Part shown: in pieces, positions 1 through 8,997 of the stretch
How positions within the stretch are numbered: position 1 is the first letter of the stretch
Layout: every line of letters starts with the position of its first letter
IMG/VR virus record: IMGVR_UViG_3300037743_000290
Coordinates: 1 to 38,976 of that record
DNA from: an uncultured virus (IMG/VR IMGVR_UViG_3300037743_000290)
DNA length: 38,976 bases
Strand: one strand, 5' to 3'
Translations under genes and position numbers: made by a program
The notes under the pieces: model-generated
The model's input: only the letters and a program-made list of their open reading frames with translations
Told to the model about the DNA's origin: nothing
Database searches by the model: none

Positions 1-93
1 AATGGCCGTATGCACGTCGGCCAGGCGCGCGTCGATGGCCATGCGCAGAACCTCGGGGAATGTCGGGGTGTTGCTGAGTGGCTCGGTGCTCAT
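1..93 (-). CDS. Baseplate central spike protein (Gp138/gp5-like), 5' end only; runs off the window edge
   Basis: ATG at 93 overlaps the TGA of the hub gene (ATGA). It translates MSTEPLSNTPTFPEVLRMAIDARLADVHTAI, resembling the 'L.DVHTA.P' N-terminus of Gp138-type spikes, and sits in the expected position after the hub. Confidence 0.65.
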   Translation of the reverse strand, partial: MSTEPLSNTPTFPEVLRMAIDARLADVHTAI

Positions 94-944
94 AGCGGTA
101 TGGCCTCCACGCTCGTGGTCCAGTCGCCGCCGTGCGTATCCCCGGTGTGTACGAGGCGCTGCACCACGAAGTCTCCGCGCACATTCCGCGACTGCATGAG
201 GATGCGCCCGCCGGGCCGCATGCCCGGGTACAGCAGCATGCGAAAGCTCAACACGGGCGGCTCGCCCTTCTGCTTCGGTGCGCCGAACTCGGGCACATCG
301 ATCAGGCCCGCGTCCTGCGAGACTGGGATGGCGACGCCAGCGTTTGCCTGCCCCTTGCGAAGCAACTGCAGGGACCCGTCCTGGATTGACCAGGTGAGCC
401 CGGTGCTGGCCGTCAGGCGGTCCATCTCGCGGCTCGTGGGCCCGGACAGGGTCATGCCCCCGGTGAACTGCTTGGTCAGCTCCTTGGCGTCGGCCGCGCT
501 CGTGGGGATGCGCAGGCCAAATGAGTTGGCCAGGTCGCTCAGCACGTCCTTGCCCGATACACCAGAGCGAAACGACCGGTTGACGCGCGCATGCCGGAAA
601 GCGCGGTCGCCATCGGCCAGTTGCAGCACGGTCTCCCACTCGACCCCCTGCTTTTTGCTCTCGGCAAAGCGTAGGTCCCCAGTGAAAACGCGCTCGAGCT
701 CGCCATCGTAGCCAGCGGCCAGCGTCACCTTCAACGGCTTGCGCTGCACCTCGGCACGCGTACCTTCGGCCATGTTCGAGATCGTGACCGTGCAGGCGTT
801 CGGCTCCGACTTCAGATGCTTCTCGATGCTGAACTGCACGCGCAGGTCACGCACAATGATGGCGTTCGGCTGCTCGGCAAAGAACTCGCCGGCCACGGGC
901 CGCGCCAGCGTGAGCTCGACCTCGCGCTTGAACAGCCGGGTCAT
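90..944 (-). CDS. Baseplate hub protein (T4 gp27/Mu gp44-like)
   Basis: 284 aa with LRVQFSIEK..EPNACTVTISN, VTLAAGY, VFTGD, WSIQDGSLQ and HTGDTHGGDW motifs typical of myophage hubs; gene order fits. Confidence 0.8.
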   Translation of the reverse strand: MTRLFKREVELTLARPVAGEFFAEQPNAIIVRDLRVQFSIEKHLKSEPNACTVTISNMAEGTRAEVQRKPLKVTLAAGYDGELERVFTGDLRFAESKKQGVEWETVLQLADGDRAFRHARVNRSFRSGVSGKDVLSDLANSFGLRIPTSAADAKELTKQFTGGMTLSGPTSREMDRLTASTGLTWSIQDGSLQLLRKGQANAGVAIPVSQDAGLIDVPEFGAPKQKGEPPVLSFRMLLYPGMRPGGRILMQSRNVRGDFVVQRLVHTGDTHGGDWTTSVEAIPL

Positions 945-1270
945 GCGTTGAACTCCTCGTCGGTGTAGAAGTACACCAGCACGCGATCACCCATGTCGTC
1001 AAACCCGGCGTCGCGGCCCTCGTTGGTCGCATCGCTCACGAGGAACACGCCGTTCGGGAAGGTCGGGCTCAAGTTGCGCCATCCGTGCGGCACGCCGAGC
1101 ACGAGCTTGATGCCTCGCTTGAGCGGTGTCTCGTCCTCGGCTAGCAGGTCCATGTACCAGGCCGCATCGCGCCCGTTCCAGCGCACGTCGAGGATGTACA
1201 CAATGCCGTTGAGCGTGGTGCTCACGCGATAGTTTGGCTCGCTGGGCCGCAATGGGAGAAGCTGCGGCAT
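941..1270 (-). CDS. Baseplate plug/adaptor protein
   Basis: 109 aa with 'TTLNGIVYILDVRWN.RD.AWYMDL...GIKLVLG'; lies between the Dit-like and hub genes and is coupled to both. Confidence 0.7.
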   Translation of the reverse strand: MPQLLPLRPSEPNYRVSTTLNGIVYILDVRWNGRDAAWYMDLLAEDETPLKRGIKLVLGVPHGWRNLSPTFPNGVFLVSDATNEGRDAGFDDMGDRVLVYFYTDEEFNA

Positions 1271-1839
1271 CAGAACGTGACCCCAAAGAACTGCTGCGGC
1301 TTCTCCCAGCGGACGCCTGATTTCAGAACGGAGCGCAGCTCTTGCGTTTTCGGCGCCACGTCTGCAGCGTCCACGGCCGGCGCCGCCTTGTTGCCCAGGT
1401 TCTTTTTCTTGGCGGCCACCGGGACGGCCACCTCGACCACGGTGCGCTCGTTGACGACAAGCTGCACCTGAACGAACGTGGCGCGAAAGCGCAACGCGTC
1501 ACCCGTGCTCGACGAACGCGGAACCTGCAGGCTCTGCAGGACCATGTTGCGGAACACCTGCAGCGACGTTTCGATGATCACCGGCTCGCGGGCGTTGCGG
1601 ATGGCGATGAGTCGGGCGAATGCGTCGCTGGATGGCAGCGTGGTGTCGCCGCGCGCCGTTGCCGCTGCTCCGATCGGCGTGTCGCTCACAACGCCCTCGA
1701 TGGACACGTTGATCGGCCTGGCCAGAACGTGGTCGGAGATGTCAGCGCCCTGCTCGACAGGATGCGATGTCACCTCGCTGTCGAAGGCGTGTTCCTCCGA
1801 CACGGCGACATCCAGCACGTATCCATCGATCGTCACCAT
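1270..1839 (-). CDS. Dit-like tail tube initiator/baseplate protein
   Basis: Start reassigned to ATG 1839, just after the TMP stop. Motif 'DV.VSEEH.FDSEVTSHPVEQGADISDH...P..V.IEG'. Confidence 0.8.
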   Translation of the reverse strand: MVTIDGYVLDVAVSEEHAFDSEVTSHPVEQGADISDHVLARPINVSIEGVVSDTPIGAAATARGDTTLPSSDAFARLIAIRNAREPVIIETSLQVFRNMVLQSLQVPRSSSTGDALRFRATFVQVQLVVNERTVVEVAVPVAAKKKNLGNKAAPAVDAADVAPKTQELRSVLKSGVRWEKPQQFFGVTF

Positions 1840-1841
1840 GG

Positions 1842-3590
1842 CTATCTCGCCGTAGCCGCCCCCGTGCTGCGTAGCTCGATGTTCCACCACTCGGAAAGCG
1901 ACTTGCGCACCGCAGAGCCGACGCCGTCAGCGTCCGCGCCAGGGGGCACGGTCACGTTGATGGTCGCGTTCATGTTGTTGTTGGTGGACTGCGAATCCGA
2001 GCTGCGCGTGAACCCGAACGGCGTCAGCGACCGCATCGCCGTTTCTACCTCGCGCTGTGCCAACTCCTCGTCGTAGAGCCGCCGCTCCTCCGGCGTCCAC
2101 CCGGCGCGGCTCGCTGCGCTGGCCTGCAACTGCTCCTCGGCGCGCTGCCCGAGTCGTTCCAATCGTTCCTCTTGGCGCTCGAGGTCGGCCTCGGCGGCGT
2201 CGCGAAATTGCTCGGACTCGCGCGCGCGCTTGCGTGCGTCTTTCACACCGAAGACGCCGCCGACGTCGAGAAAGTCGATGAGCTTGTCCTTTGCGTCGTC
2301 GATAATCTCGCCGAGGCGCTCATCAATCCACTTCTTCGCCGCCAGGTAGAGGTCGCGGAACACCGAATCGCCGCCCTTGAAGGCGACGTATAAGTCCTCC
2401 ACGATCAGGATCACCGCCGCGATTGCTGCGGCAAGGAGCACGAACGGCGCGAGAGCGATGATCCACGCCGCCGCCGATGCGATGGCGGCAGCGATCGATG
2501 CAGCCTTGAGAATCAGCATGGCCGCCGCGAGCGCTGTCACCGCGAGCGTCACCAGCGCCATGTTGTCGGTCAGCCACGCCAGCGCCTTGACGATGTACAC
2601 GGTCACCCGCTCGATCGTATTGCGGAACTTGTTCCAGGCCCGCGCGATCTTGGCCGTGTCGGACTGCTGGCGCTTGGCGTAGTCGGATGCGACATCGTCT
2701 GCCGTCATGGTCGTGTCGATGAGCCCCTGCCACGCGCCTTCGACCTTGGTGAGCTGCTCGAACGCGCCGACCGCCTCCTTGCGACCGAAGATCTCGATGA
2801 GCTTGTCGCGCCGGAAGTCCTTCTTCTTGATGTCCGCAACGATCGCATCGAGTTCACGTAGCGAACCGTCGCGGTTGAAGACGCTGATACCCTCGTCCTT
2901 CAGCCGGGAAGCAGCCGCGCCTGATAGCGACCCCATGAGGGACTCCATCATGGTGGCCGCCTGCGCTGGGGAGCCCGCGCCCTGCATGACAAGCTGCATC
3001 GCGGCGCTGAGCTTGGCGAGCCCCTCGATGCCTCGCCCGCCAGCGAACTTCTCGGCAGCCGGCGTCAACGTGCCGAACAAGGATGCCATCTCTTTGAGCT
3101 CGATGGCGCCGGCCTTGCCGCTCGCGATCAGGATCGAAAAGGAGCGCTCGAACTGCGAGGGATCGATGCCCATGTTTTGCTGCAGCCGCGCCGCCACGCC
3201 CGCGATGTCCGCCATCTGTGCCTTGCTGGCCTTGGCCACGCGCGCGAAGGTCAGCAACGAATCCGAGGCAGCCTCGCCGTCTCCCGTGAGCGCTACGAAC
3301 GCCTGCGCGCCAGCGAGCAACTCCTCGCGGGCCACGCCGGTTGCGTCGGACACGCCCAGGATCTGGTCGCGCACTTCGCCGATCGATCCCATCGCGCCCT
3401 GGCTTGCGATGTCGAGATCGGTGAGCTGCTCGCTAAAGTTGAACGAGGAGCGCACCGACGCGACGACCGCTGCGAGGCCGGCGAGCTGGGTGAGCTCTGC
3501 CTTGATGCCCTTGATGAGCTGGTCGCCAGCCTTGAACGACTTGCCGTCCGGCACCAGGCGCAGGCGCGCGAAGAGGTCCGCGACCTTCAC
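1842..3590 (-). CDS. Tail tape measure protein (582 aa)
   Basis: GTG 3590 overlaps the TGA of the frameshifted chaperone. Ala-rich and helical, with a 'GK.GAIELKEMA' TMP core and a hydrophobic membrane segment; follows the chaperone gene. Confidence 0.9.
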   Translation of the reverse strand: MKVADLFARLRLVPDGKSFKAGDQLIKGIKAELTQLAGLAAVVASVRSSFNFSEQLTDLDIASQGAMGSIGEVRDQILGVSDATGVAREELLAGAQAFVALTGDGEAASDSLLTFARVAKASKAQMADIAGVAARLQQNMGIDPSQFERSFSILIASGKAGAIELKEMASLFGTLTPAAEKFAGGRGIEGLAKLSAAMQLVMQGAGSPAQAATMMESLMGSLSGAAASRLKDEGISVFNRDGSLRELDAIVADIKKKDFRRDKLIEIFGRKEAVGAFEQLTKVEGAWQGLIDTTMTADDVASDYAKRQQSDTAKIARAWNKFRNTIERVTVYIVKALAWLTDNMALVTLAVTALAAAMLILKAASIAAAIASAAAWIIALAPFVLLAAAIAAVILIVEDLYVAFKGGDSVFRDLYLAAKKWIDERLGEIIDDAKDKLIDFLDVGGVFGVKDARKRARESEQFRDAAEADLERQEERLERLGQRAEEQLQASAASRAGWTPEERRLYDEELAQREVETAMRSLTPFGFTRSSDSQSTNNNMNATINVTVPPGADADGVGSAVRKSLSEWWNIELRSTGAATAR

Positions 3591-3832
3591 CGCTTGGCCT
3601 TTCGGTCCATCTTTTCCTGTGCCTTGCGGCCGGCTTCCTCCCACGCGCTGAGCGCGCGTGACGCTGCGTCGGCTACCTCAAGCGGCGTGGTCTGCATCTC
3701 GGTCAAGGTCATCTTGCCCTCCAGCCACAGGCGCCAGATCAGCCATCCATTGGCGATATCGTCGTCGAGGTCGAGGGGCTCACCGCCGCTTGGTTGCTGG
3801 CGCGTTTTGCAGCGAGCCCTTTGGCGAAAAAA
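3587..3832 (-). CDS. Tail assembly chaperone -1 frame extension (lambda gpT-like part of a gpGT fusion)
   Basis: The -1 frame after T TTT TTC is open for 80 codons (FRQRARCKTRQQPSGGEPLDLDDDIANGWLIWRLWLEGKMTLTEMQTTPLEVADAASRALSAWEEA...KAKR) and stops exactly at the TMP start. Confidence 0.8.
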   Translation of the reverse strand, partial: FFRQRARCKTRQQPSGGEPLDLDDDIANGWLIWRLWLEGKMTLTEMQTTPLEVADAASRALSAWEEAGRKAQEKMDRKAKR

Positions 3833-4212
3833 TCACCGAAGTTGACCTCCACCGCGAACACAGCCGCCTTGACCATAGCCATCACGTTGCCGCCGAACAC
3901 CCCCGTCAACATGCTGTCCGTGTTGAGCGGATAGAGCTTGCCGTCGAGCTGCGCGGTGCTGGAAGCCAGCAAGTCGCGCACGAGCGCCACGGCCTGATCA
4001 TCCTCGAGCGAGTCAAGCACCTTCAGGATCACCGGGACCAGGGACTCCACGTCGGTTTCCGCCGTTACCCCGTCGAGCGCCAGCAGCGGCGCCATGACCT
4101 TGCCCAGGCGCGGCATGAGCGCAAGCGCGCGCAGCGGGGGAAGCTGGGTGGCCGTGACGACGATACCTTCAATCTCGCGCGTTTCGGAGCGCAGCCCGTC
4201 ACCGAACGCCAT
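3739..4212 (-). CDS. Tail assembly chaperone (gpG-like)
   Basis: ATG 4212 overlaps the tube stop. 157 aa ending in 'AVEVNFGDFF'; lies between tube and TMP. Confidence 0.85.
   Translation of the reverse strand: MAFGDGLRSETREIEGIVVTATQLPPLRALALMPRLGKVMAPLLALDGVTAETDVESLVPVILKVLDSLEDDQAVALVRDLLASSTAQLDGKLYPLNTDSMLTGVFGGNVMAMVKAAVFAVEVNFGDFFAKGLAAKRASNQAAVSPSTSTTISPMDG
3826..3832 (-). other. Programmed -1 ribosomal frameshift slippery heptamer T TTT TTC
   Basis: In-frame GAT TTT TTC (D-F-F) near the chaperone 3' end matches X XXY YYZ. Confidence 0.8.
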
Positions 4213-4640
4213 CAGACAAGCGCTCCACCGACCAGGAGTCGTAGCTGCGCGCAATCAAAGATCCACTCGCGCGACTCGGCGCTCGCCGCGAAAGGCATGG
4301 CCGGCACCTTGCGGATCCACGCCTCGGTGGCCTGCGCCAACGACGTGCCGTTGAGGTCCTTGACCAGCAATGGCCCAACGCCGGTACCGAATAGCTCATC
4401 CTCGTCAGCCACGGCGCTCAGCAAGTCATTGGTCGGGCTTGCCTGCAGCAGCGTTGCCGTGACGGAGCCGGTGCGGTTGCGATTGCGAACGCGCGTGACA
4501 TCGCCGTTGGCGCCGACCACCATCTCGAATCCGTCTTCCATGCGCTCCGCATTGATAAACGTGTCGGCGGCGTAGCCCTGCACGGTGATATTGTGGAACA
4601 CCATGACCACGAGGCCAGGGTCGTAGTTGCGAAAGATCAT
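4212..4640 (-). other. Tail tube protein (DUF3277-like)
   Basis: 142 aa with 'YDP...V...TVQGYA.DTFI', 'VGANGDV', 'TLLQASPTND.L' and 'REWIFDC'; directly after the sheath. Confidence 0.85.
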
Positions 4641-4649
4641 AGTGTCACC

Positions 4650-6272
4650 TCAGAGAAGAACCACGCCCGTGATGAGGGCCTTGTGAACGGCACCGGCCAG
4701 GGTGAAAGAGAAGCTCGCGCGCACCGAGCGCGGGAGCAAGTCCTCCTGATCGGCGATCTTGGGTATTTCGACGACGAACTCGGGGTCCGCGGCCGCGACG
4801 GTTCTGCCCACGGCGCGCTGTAACGTGCCACGGATCTGGTTCTCGATGGTCGTCATGCCCGGGTCGGTGCGCGGGATCTTGGCGGCGCCGGCCATCGCGC
4901 CGAACACTCCCTTCTGCATGTCGTCCTCGACCCAGAAGAGATTGACCACGTCATCCACGAAGCCGCGCACCACGGTGGGGCCGGCCGACGTGGTCCCCTC
5001 GGACAGGATGGACACGCCGGCCACACTCTCGTAGAAGTTGGCGTGGCGCGCGACCAGGTTTGCGCGCTGCGTCGGGGTCAGCGTGGTTGTCGCCACGCCC
5101 GACAGGGTCTTGAACTTCGCGGTCCAGGACCCGATCTCACGCGGCGCGAGGTTGCCGGTGATGGCAGCGCCGGCAAACTCGTTGGGCCTGTGGTGGTAGA
5201 ACCCGGCGGTCTGGTTGCGCGCCGCGGTCTTGAGCACGTCGAGCGCGCCAGCGCTGCCCGTGGACGTGCCCAGGTCGCGCGTATCGTTGCTGCCGGCCCA
5301 ATAGAATTTCTTCTGCGTCTGGATCCATGTGCTCGCAGCGTCGATGTAGTCCTCGCTGTTGTAGAGCGTGACCAGCCAGAACCAGGAATCGTTCTCGTTC
5401 TGGATTGCAGTGAGGTCGGTGGCGACGCCAGGGTCGCCGTGGGACATGTACGCCGTCACCAGCGAGGTGTTGATGACCTCGAGCGAAAACCAGTCGCCGG
5501 CGGCGCTGCCCGTCACGGTGATATCGTCGTCGGCGCTCACCGTGGACGCGGTATCGACGATGGTATGGGTGCCCGAGCCGGCGTCTGTGATATCAATCGC
5601 CTCGCCATCCAGCGCGTCGGCGAATGAGGCTGCAAGCGATATTGACCCGGCATTGACCACGATCACCCAGTAGTCCGTGGCCGTGGTCAGCCCACCGGGC
5701 GCGGTGCCGGTCGTCTCGATGCGCACGGGGCCGTCCCCGGTCGTAAGTCCATGCGCGGTGATGTCCAGCTCGTCGTCGGTGGCGTCCACCGTGGACACGG
5801 TCTTATCCGCGAACACGAGCGGTGCGAGCGCGGCCGTGAAGTTTTTGCCGTCCACGGCGTTGAGCTCAGTGACCAGGCCGGCGTGAATCTCGGCGCGCGA
5901 GGCGGACGCAGCGGAGTCGTGCTCGACCAGCGTGTTGGTCACACCCTCGCCACGAACGCGGATCGCATATGTGGTGCTGTTGGCGACGGACGCGGCCCGG
6001 ACCGTGTACGTGAGCGTCGGCGCCAAAGTGCCGCGGAGAATGGCCATGGTGGCCGGCCGCGGTCGCTGCGACGACATGGCAGCGATGGCCAGGTACTCGG
6101 GCGAGTCCGTGGCGAACCCAAGGTCCGTCACATCGGAAGGCCGAGTCACGAGTTGTACGCGCTCGGGGAAAGAGGCGTTGTAGGACAGGACACCGGGGAT
6201 GCCGAAGCCCGCGCGCGGCAGGCTGACGGCGTCTGCCGTGATGACGAGATCAACGTGGTTTTCAATGCTCAT
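4650..6272 (-). CDS. Contractile tail sheath protein (DUF3383-like)
   Basis: 540 aa with 'RAGFGIP', 'GFATDSPEY', 'GSWTAKFKTLSGV', 'KIPRTDPG' and a 'FSFTLAGAVH' C-terminus. Confidence 0.9.
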   Translation of the reverse strand: MSIENHVDLVITADAVSLPRAGFGIPGVLSYNASFPERVQLVTRPSDVTDLGFATDSPEYLAIAAMSSQRPRPATMAILRGTLAPTLTYTVRAASVANSTTYAIRVRGEGVTNTLVEHDSAASASRAEIHAGLVTELNAVDGKNFTAALAPLVFADKTVSTVDATDDELDITAHGLTTGDGPVRIETTGTAPGGLTTATDYWVIVVNAGSISLAASFADALDGEAIDITDAGSGTHTIVDTASTVSADDDITVTGSAAGDWFSLEVINTSLVTAYMSHGDPGVATDLTAIQNENDSWFWLVTLYNSEDYIDAASTWIQTQKKFYWAGSNDTRDLGTSTGSAGALDVLKTAARNQTAGFYHHRPNEFAGAAITGNLAPREIGSWTAKFKTLSGVATTTLTPTQRANLVARHANFYESVAGVSILSEGTTSAGPTVVRGFVDDVVNLFWVEDDMQKGVFGAMAGAAKIPRTDPGMTTIENQIRGTLQRAVGRTVAAADPEFVVEIPKIADQEDLLPRSVRASFSFTLAGAVHKALITGVVLL

Positions 6273-6535
6273 TTGGCCACCTCGGTGCGAACTTCGACGC
6301 TCGCCGGTTTCGGTGCCGGCTGCGCACGCACGGGGCGCGCAGATGCAGCCGTGACCTTGCCGCCAGGATCAGGCACGAACACGACCGACTCGCAGCGTGT
6401 TTTCATCCTGCCGGCGCCGGCCGCGGAGCGCACTCGATAAAGCCATCCGCCGGGCACGGCAAGTCGGTGCGTCTCCTCGGTGTTATCGTCCATGGAGCTT
6501 TCTGTGATCTGCTCCCACTTCGATTCCTTGGCCAT
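6269..6535 (-). CDS. Hypothetical phage protein (88 aa)
   Basis: TAATG overlap upstream and ATGA overlap with the sheath; 'THRLAVPGGWLYRV' motif. Confidence 0.6.
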   Translation of the reverse strand: MAKESKWEQITESSMDDNTEETHRLAVPGGWLYRVRSAAGAGRMKTRCESVVFVPDPGGKVTAASARPVRAQPAPKPASVEVRTEVAK

Positions 6536-7101
6536 TACGCTGGCTCCTCTGGCACCCATGTCGAGGCGCCTGTGCTGATGTTTTCCAGCCGCACGTGCTG
6601 GATGTACGTGGCGGTCTCCTGGATCTCGGAGGCCAGAAAGAGGCGCGCCTCCATGACGGCGCGGGGCTCGAGCACGGCCTGCCCGAGGCTGCCCTCGAGC
6701 GCCTGTGCGGCGTTGATCTCGCCGATGCCTACGCCCGCCGCCTGCAGCGCTGACCGCACGGATGGCAGCTTGGCCGCGGACGTGACGGCGTTGAGCACAG
6801 CCAGCGGCATCGCGGCCCCGGTGCTCACGCCATCGACCCCAGCGAACGCCTGGAATGTCAGCGTGGCCTCGCGCATGCCGCGTGCGTACACGCGAAGCTC
6901 GGCGCCCTCCTCTGGTTCGTCGATGTTCTCGTAGTCAGTCCAGTCCTGGCCGATGCCGTCGATGGTGGCCAGGCGCAGCGCGATGTAGGGCCCGGTTGGC
7001 CGCGGCCCCTCTTGCATCGACCAGATGACCTTTTGCGCGGCATATCCGCTGCCAGCGACAGCCCAGGCGTGCAGCGCATTCTCGATCGCGGTCCAGTTCA
7101 T
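6535..7101 (-). CDS. Tail terminator/neck terminator protein
   Basis: Start at ATG 7101 (ATGA overlap). 'VIWSMQEGPRPTGPYIAL'; position immediately before the sheath. Confidence 0.75.
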   Translation of the reverse strand: MNWTAIENALHAWAVAGSGYAAQKVIWSMQEGPRPTGPYIALRLATIDGIGQDWTDYENIDEPEEGAELRVYARGMREATLTFQAFAGVDGVSTGAAMPLAVLNAVTSAAKLPSVRSALQAAGVGIGEINAAQALEGSLGQAVLEPRAVMEARLFLASEIQETATYIQHVRLENISTGASTWVPEEPA

Positions 7102-7454
7102 GGTGCTGGCCTCCTGCCTGCAATGCCGCGCCAATGCGTGTCCCCGAATGCTTCCCAGCGCTCGAACGAGATAACGTCCCACGCCTCGCCGTCGATCGCG
7201 ATGGTGTCGGGGTCATTCGCAGTCGCGCGCGAGCGCAACTCCGTGGTGGTGTACACGATGCGCGACTCGCTGGCGTGCTGGCCCTCGGGCAATAGCTGCA
7301 GGTCGCGTCCGGTGACGGGCTGGATGGACGCTACGATCGGGAATGTCGTCGTTGCGCCGGGCGTATAGCGGCCGTTCGTGTACACGCCTTGTGCGGTTCG
7401 CGTGACCGTGTAGGTACCGGTCTCGAACCGGCCGATGACGCCGAGCAAGCCCAT
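7098..7454 (-). CDS. Head-closure/stopper protein
   Basis: 118 aa with 'TVTRT..G.Y.NGRY', 'ASIQPVTGRDLQLLPEG' and 'DTIAIDGEAW'; neck module position. Confidence 0.75.
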   Translation of the reverse strand: MGLLGVIGRFETGTYTVTRTAQGVYTNGRYTPGATTTFPIVASIQPVTGRDLQLLPEGQHASESRIVYTTTELRSRATANDPDTIAIDGEAWDVISFERWEAFGDTHWRGIAGRRPAP

Positions 7455-7957
7455 CACCGCCCCCCTGCGAAGCGGCCTCGCCCATCGCGCGCGCGACCGG
7501 CCCAAACCTTGTGGGAGATGGCGTTGACGAGTTGCCCGGTGTCCACCAGCGGCCTGGTGCTGCCCTTGCGCTGGACCGTGGCAGCCTGGAGCGGTGGAGC
7601 GATGTTCGAGCCAGCGGTGATGTACTTCTTGATCGCCGTCGCACCCCACACGCCGAGAAGCTCAAGCGCGCGCTGATATGAGATCTTGCCGGTCACGTAG
7701 GCTCCGGAAAGACGCGCGGCCACTGCGCGGTACTCGCTTTCGTTTGCGCGCATCGCCGCACGGATGAAGCTGCGCTCCGGGATGCCCGCGCGCGGTGCCC
7801 CAAATTCGTGGATAGCGGCCAGTTCCACCATCGACAGGCCATCCGCGGACTTGCCGCCCCCGCTCAGTACACCCACCTTGACGTGCGATTCTCGCCCGCG
7901 CTGCGAATGCGCGCGCGCGTGACGCATGATGGCGTCCCAGACGCCTGTGTTCGACAT
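7454..7957 (-). CDS. Neck/tail completion protein (HK97 gp10-like)
   Basis: 'VKVGVL', 'LAAIHEFGAP..GIPERSFIR' and 'KGSTRPLVDTGQL' motifs. Confidence 0.8.
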   Translation of the reverse strand: MSNTGVWDAIMRHARAHSQRGRESHVKVGVLSGGGKSADGLSMVELAAIHEFGAPRAGIPERSFIRAAMRANESEYRAVAARLSGAYVTGKISYQRALELLGVWGATAIKKYITAGSNIAPPLQAATVQRKGSTRPLVDTGQLVNAISHKVWAGRARDGRGRFAGGR

Positions 7958-8331
7958 CAGAGCGCCCTCGGTGCGCGGGCCGGCGACATGGCCACAAGAG
8001 ACCGGAAAGCCTTGCCGTACGGCGTGGTGTCCAGCGTCGGGTCTGACCCGGCAGGCGAGAACAGTCCGTAGCTACGGCTCAAGCCGCCAGCGCTCTCCGC
8101 GATGACGGGGCCGCCAGGCCCATCGCTGCCCTGCATCGTGATGGTCCCGTAGTGCGCGGCCAGGTAAATGCGGGCGAGCCTGAGAAACGGGCTGTCCTCG
8201 CCTCGAAACTCGTTAGGGTTTAGGATGGCGTTGACGTGCGCAAGGATGATCTCTTGCGCGCCGGCAGGCACATCCGCCATCTCCGGTGCGAGATTGACGA
8301 CATCGCTCCAAACGATCGCCGCCATGGTCAC
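7957..8331 (-). CDS. Head-tail adaptor (DUF4054-like)
   Basis: 'APEM', 'YLAAH', 'ESAGGLSRSY' and 'TTPYGKAF' motifs. Confidence 0.8.
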   Translation of the reverse strand: MTMAAIVWSDVVNLAPEMADVPAGAQEIILAHVNAILNPNEFRGEDSPFLRLARIYLAAHYGTITMQGSDGPGGPVIAESAGGLSRSYGLFSPAGSDPTLDTTPYGKAFRSLVAMSPARAPRAL

Positions 8332-8984
8332 ACCTTCGTCGTGCGGGTGAGGTAGATGGTCGCGCTGATGTTTGCCGATATGGTGCCAGCAATGGCGTAC
8401 GCCAGCGCGCGCGGCCGATGCGCTATGCGCGTTGCGTAGCCACGTTGCTCGGACAGCGTCACAGCACCATCGGCGTCCTTGCCCAGCAACCCATGGCTGA
8501 GCCAGCGCACGCGCTTGGTGTCAGCGGTGTCGCTGATGGTGTGCGTACCGCTGCCGGCGCTTGTAATGGCGACCGGATCCGCGCCGGCCAGCACGGCCGC
8601 CAGCGATGCGTAGACCTGCACGGTGTTGTCATCAACCACGCCGAGCCAGTAATCGGTCGCCAGCGACAGCCCGGCCGGTAGCGTGCCCGATGTCGTGAAC
8701 CGCACCGGCCCATCGCCGGTCGCGTAGTCGTGGCCCGTGACGGTCAACTCGTCATCGGCATGCACGACAGCGTCAACATCGTCGTCGTCCAGCGCCACGG
8801 CCGTGACCACGGCGCCGAACAACTCCAGGCCCGAGCAAGAGGCAGCTTCGTCGGCCCACATCTCCAGGTCGAACTCCAGGTATACGCCGCGCCAGTGGGG
8901 CACGTTTGCCCACGACGCCGGCGGAAACGGCAGCTCGCTTGCTGCCGTCACGACCGGGATCCCTGTGGCCAGGCTGATGCTCAT
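8328..8984 (-). CDS. Putative virion accessory protein containing a beta-domain paralogous to the sheath insertion
   Basis: Start at ATG 8984 after the capsid stop; 218 aa; residues ~63-156 align with sheath residues ~152-244. Confidence 0.65.
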   Translation of the reverse strand: MSISLATGIPVVTAASELPFPPASWANVPHWRGVYLEFDLEMWADEAASCSGLELFGAVVTAVALDDDDVDAVVHADDELTVTGHDYATGDGPVRFTTSGTLPAGLSLATDYWLGVVDDNTVQVYASLAAVLAGADPVAITSAGSGTHTISDTADTKRVRWLSHGLLGKDADGAVTLSEQRGYATRIAHRPRALAYAIAGTISANISATIYLTRTTKV

Positions 8985-8997
8985 GCCCTGCTCAACC

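Noticed and set aside
1-7957. Tailocin or extracellular contractile injection system
   Set aside because: Capsid, portal, terminase, replication and integration genes are all present, so this is a phage.
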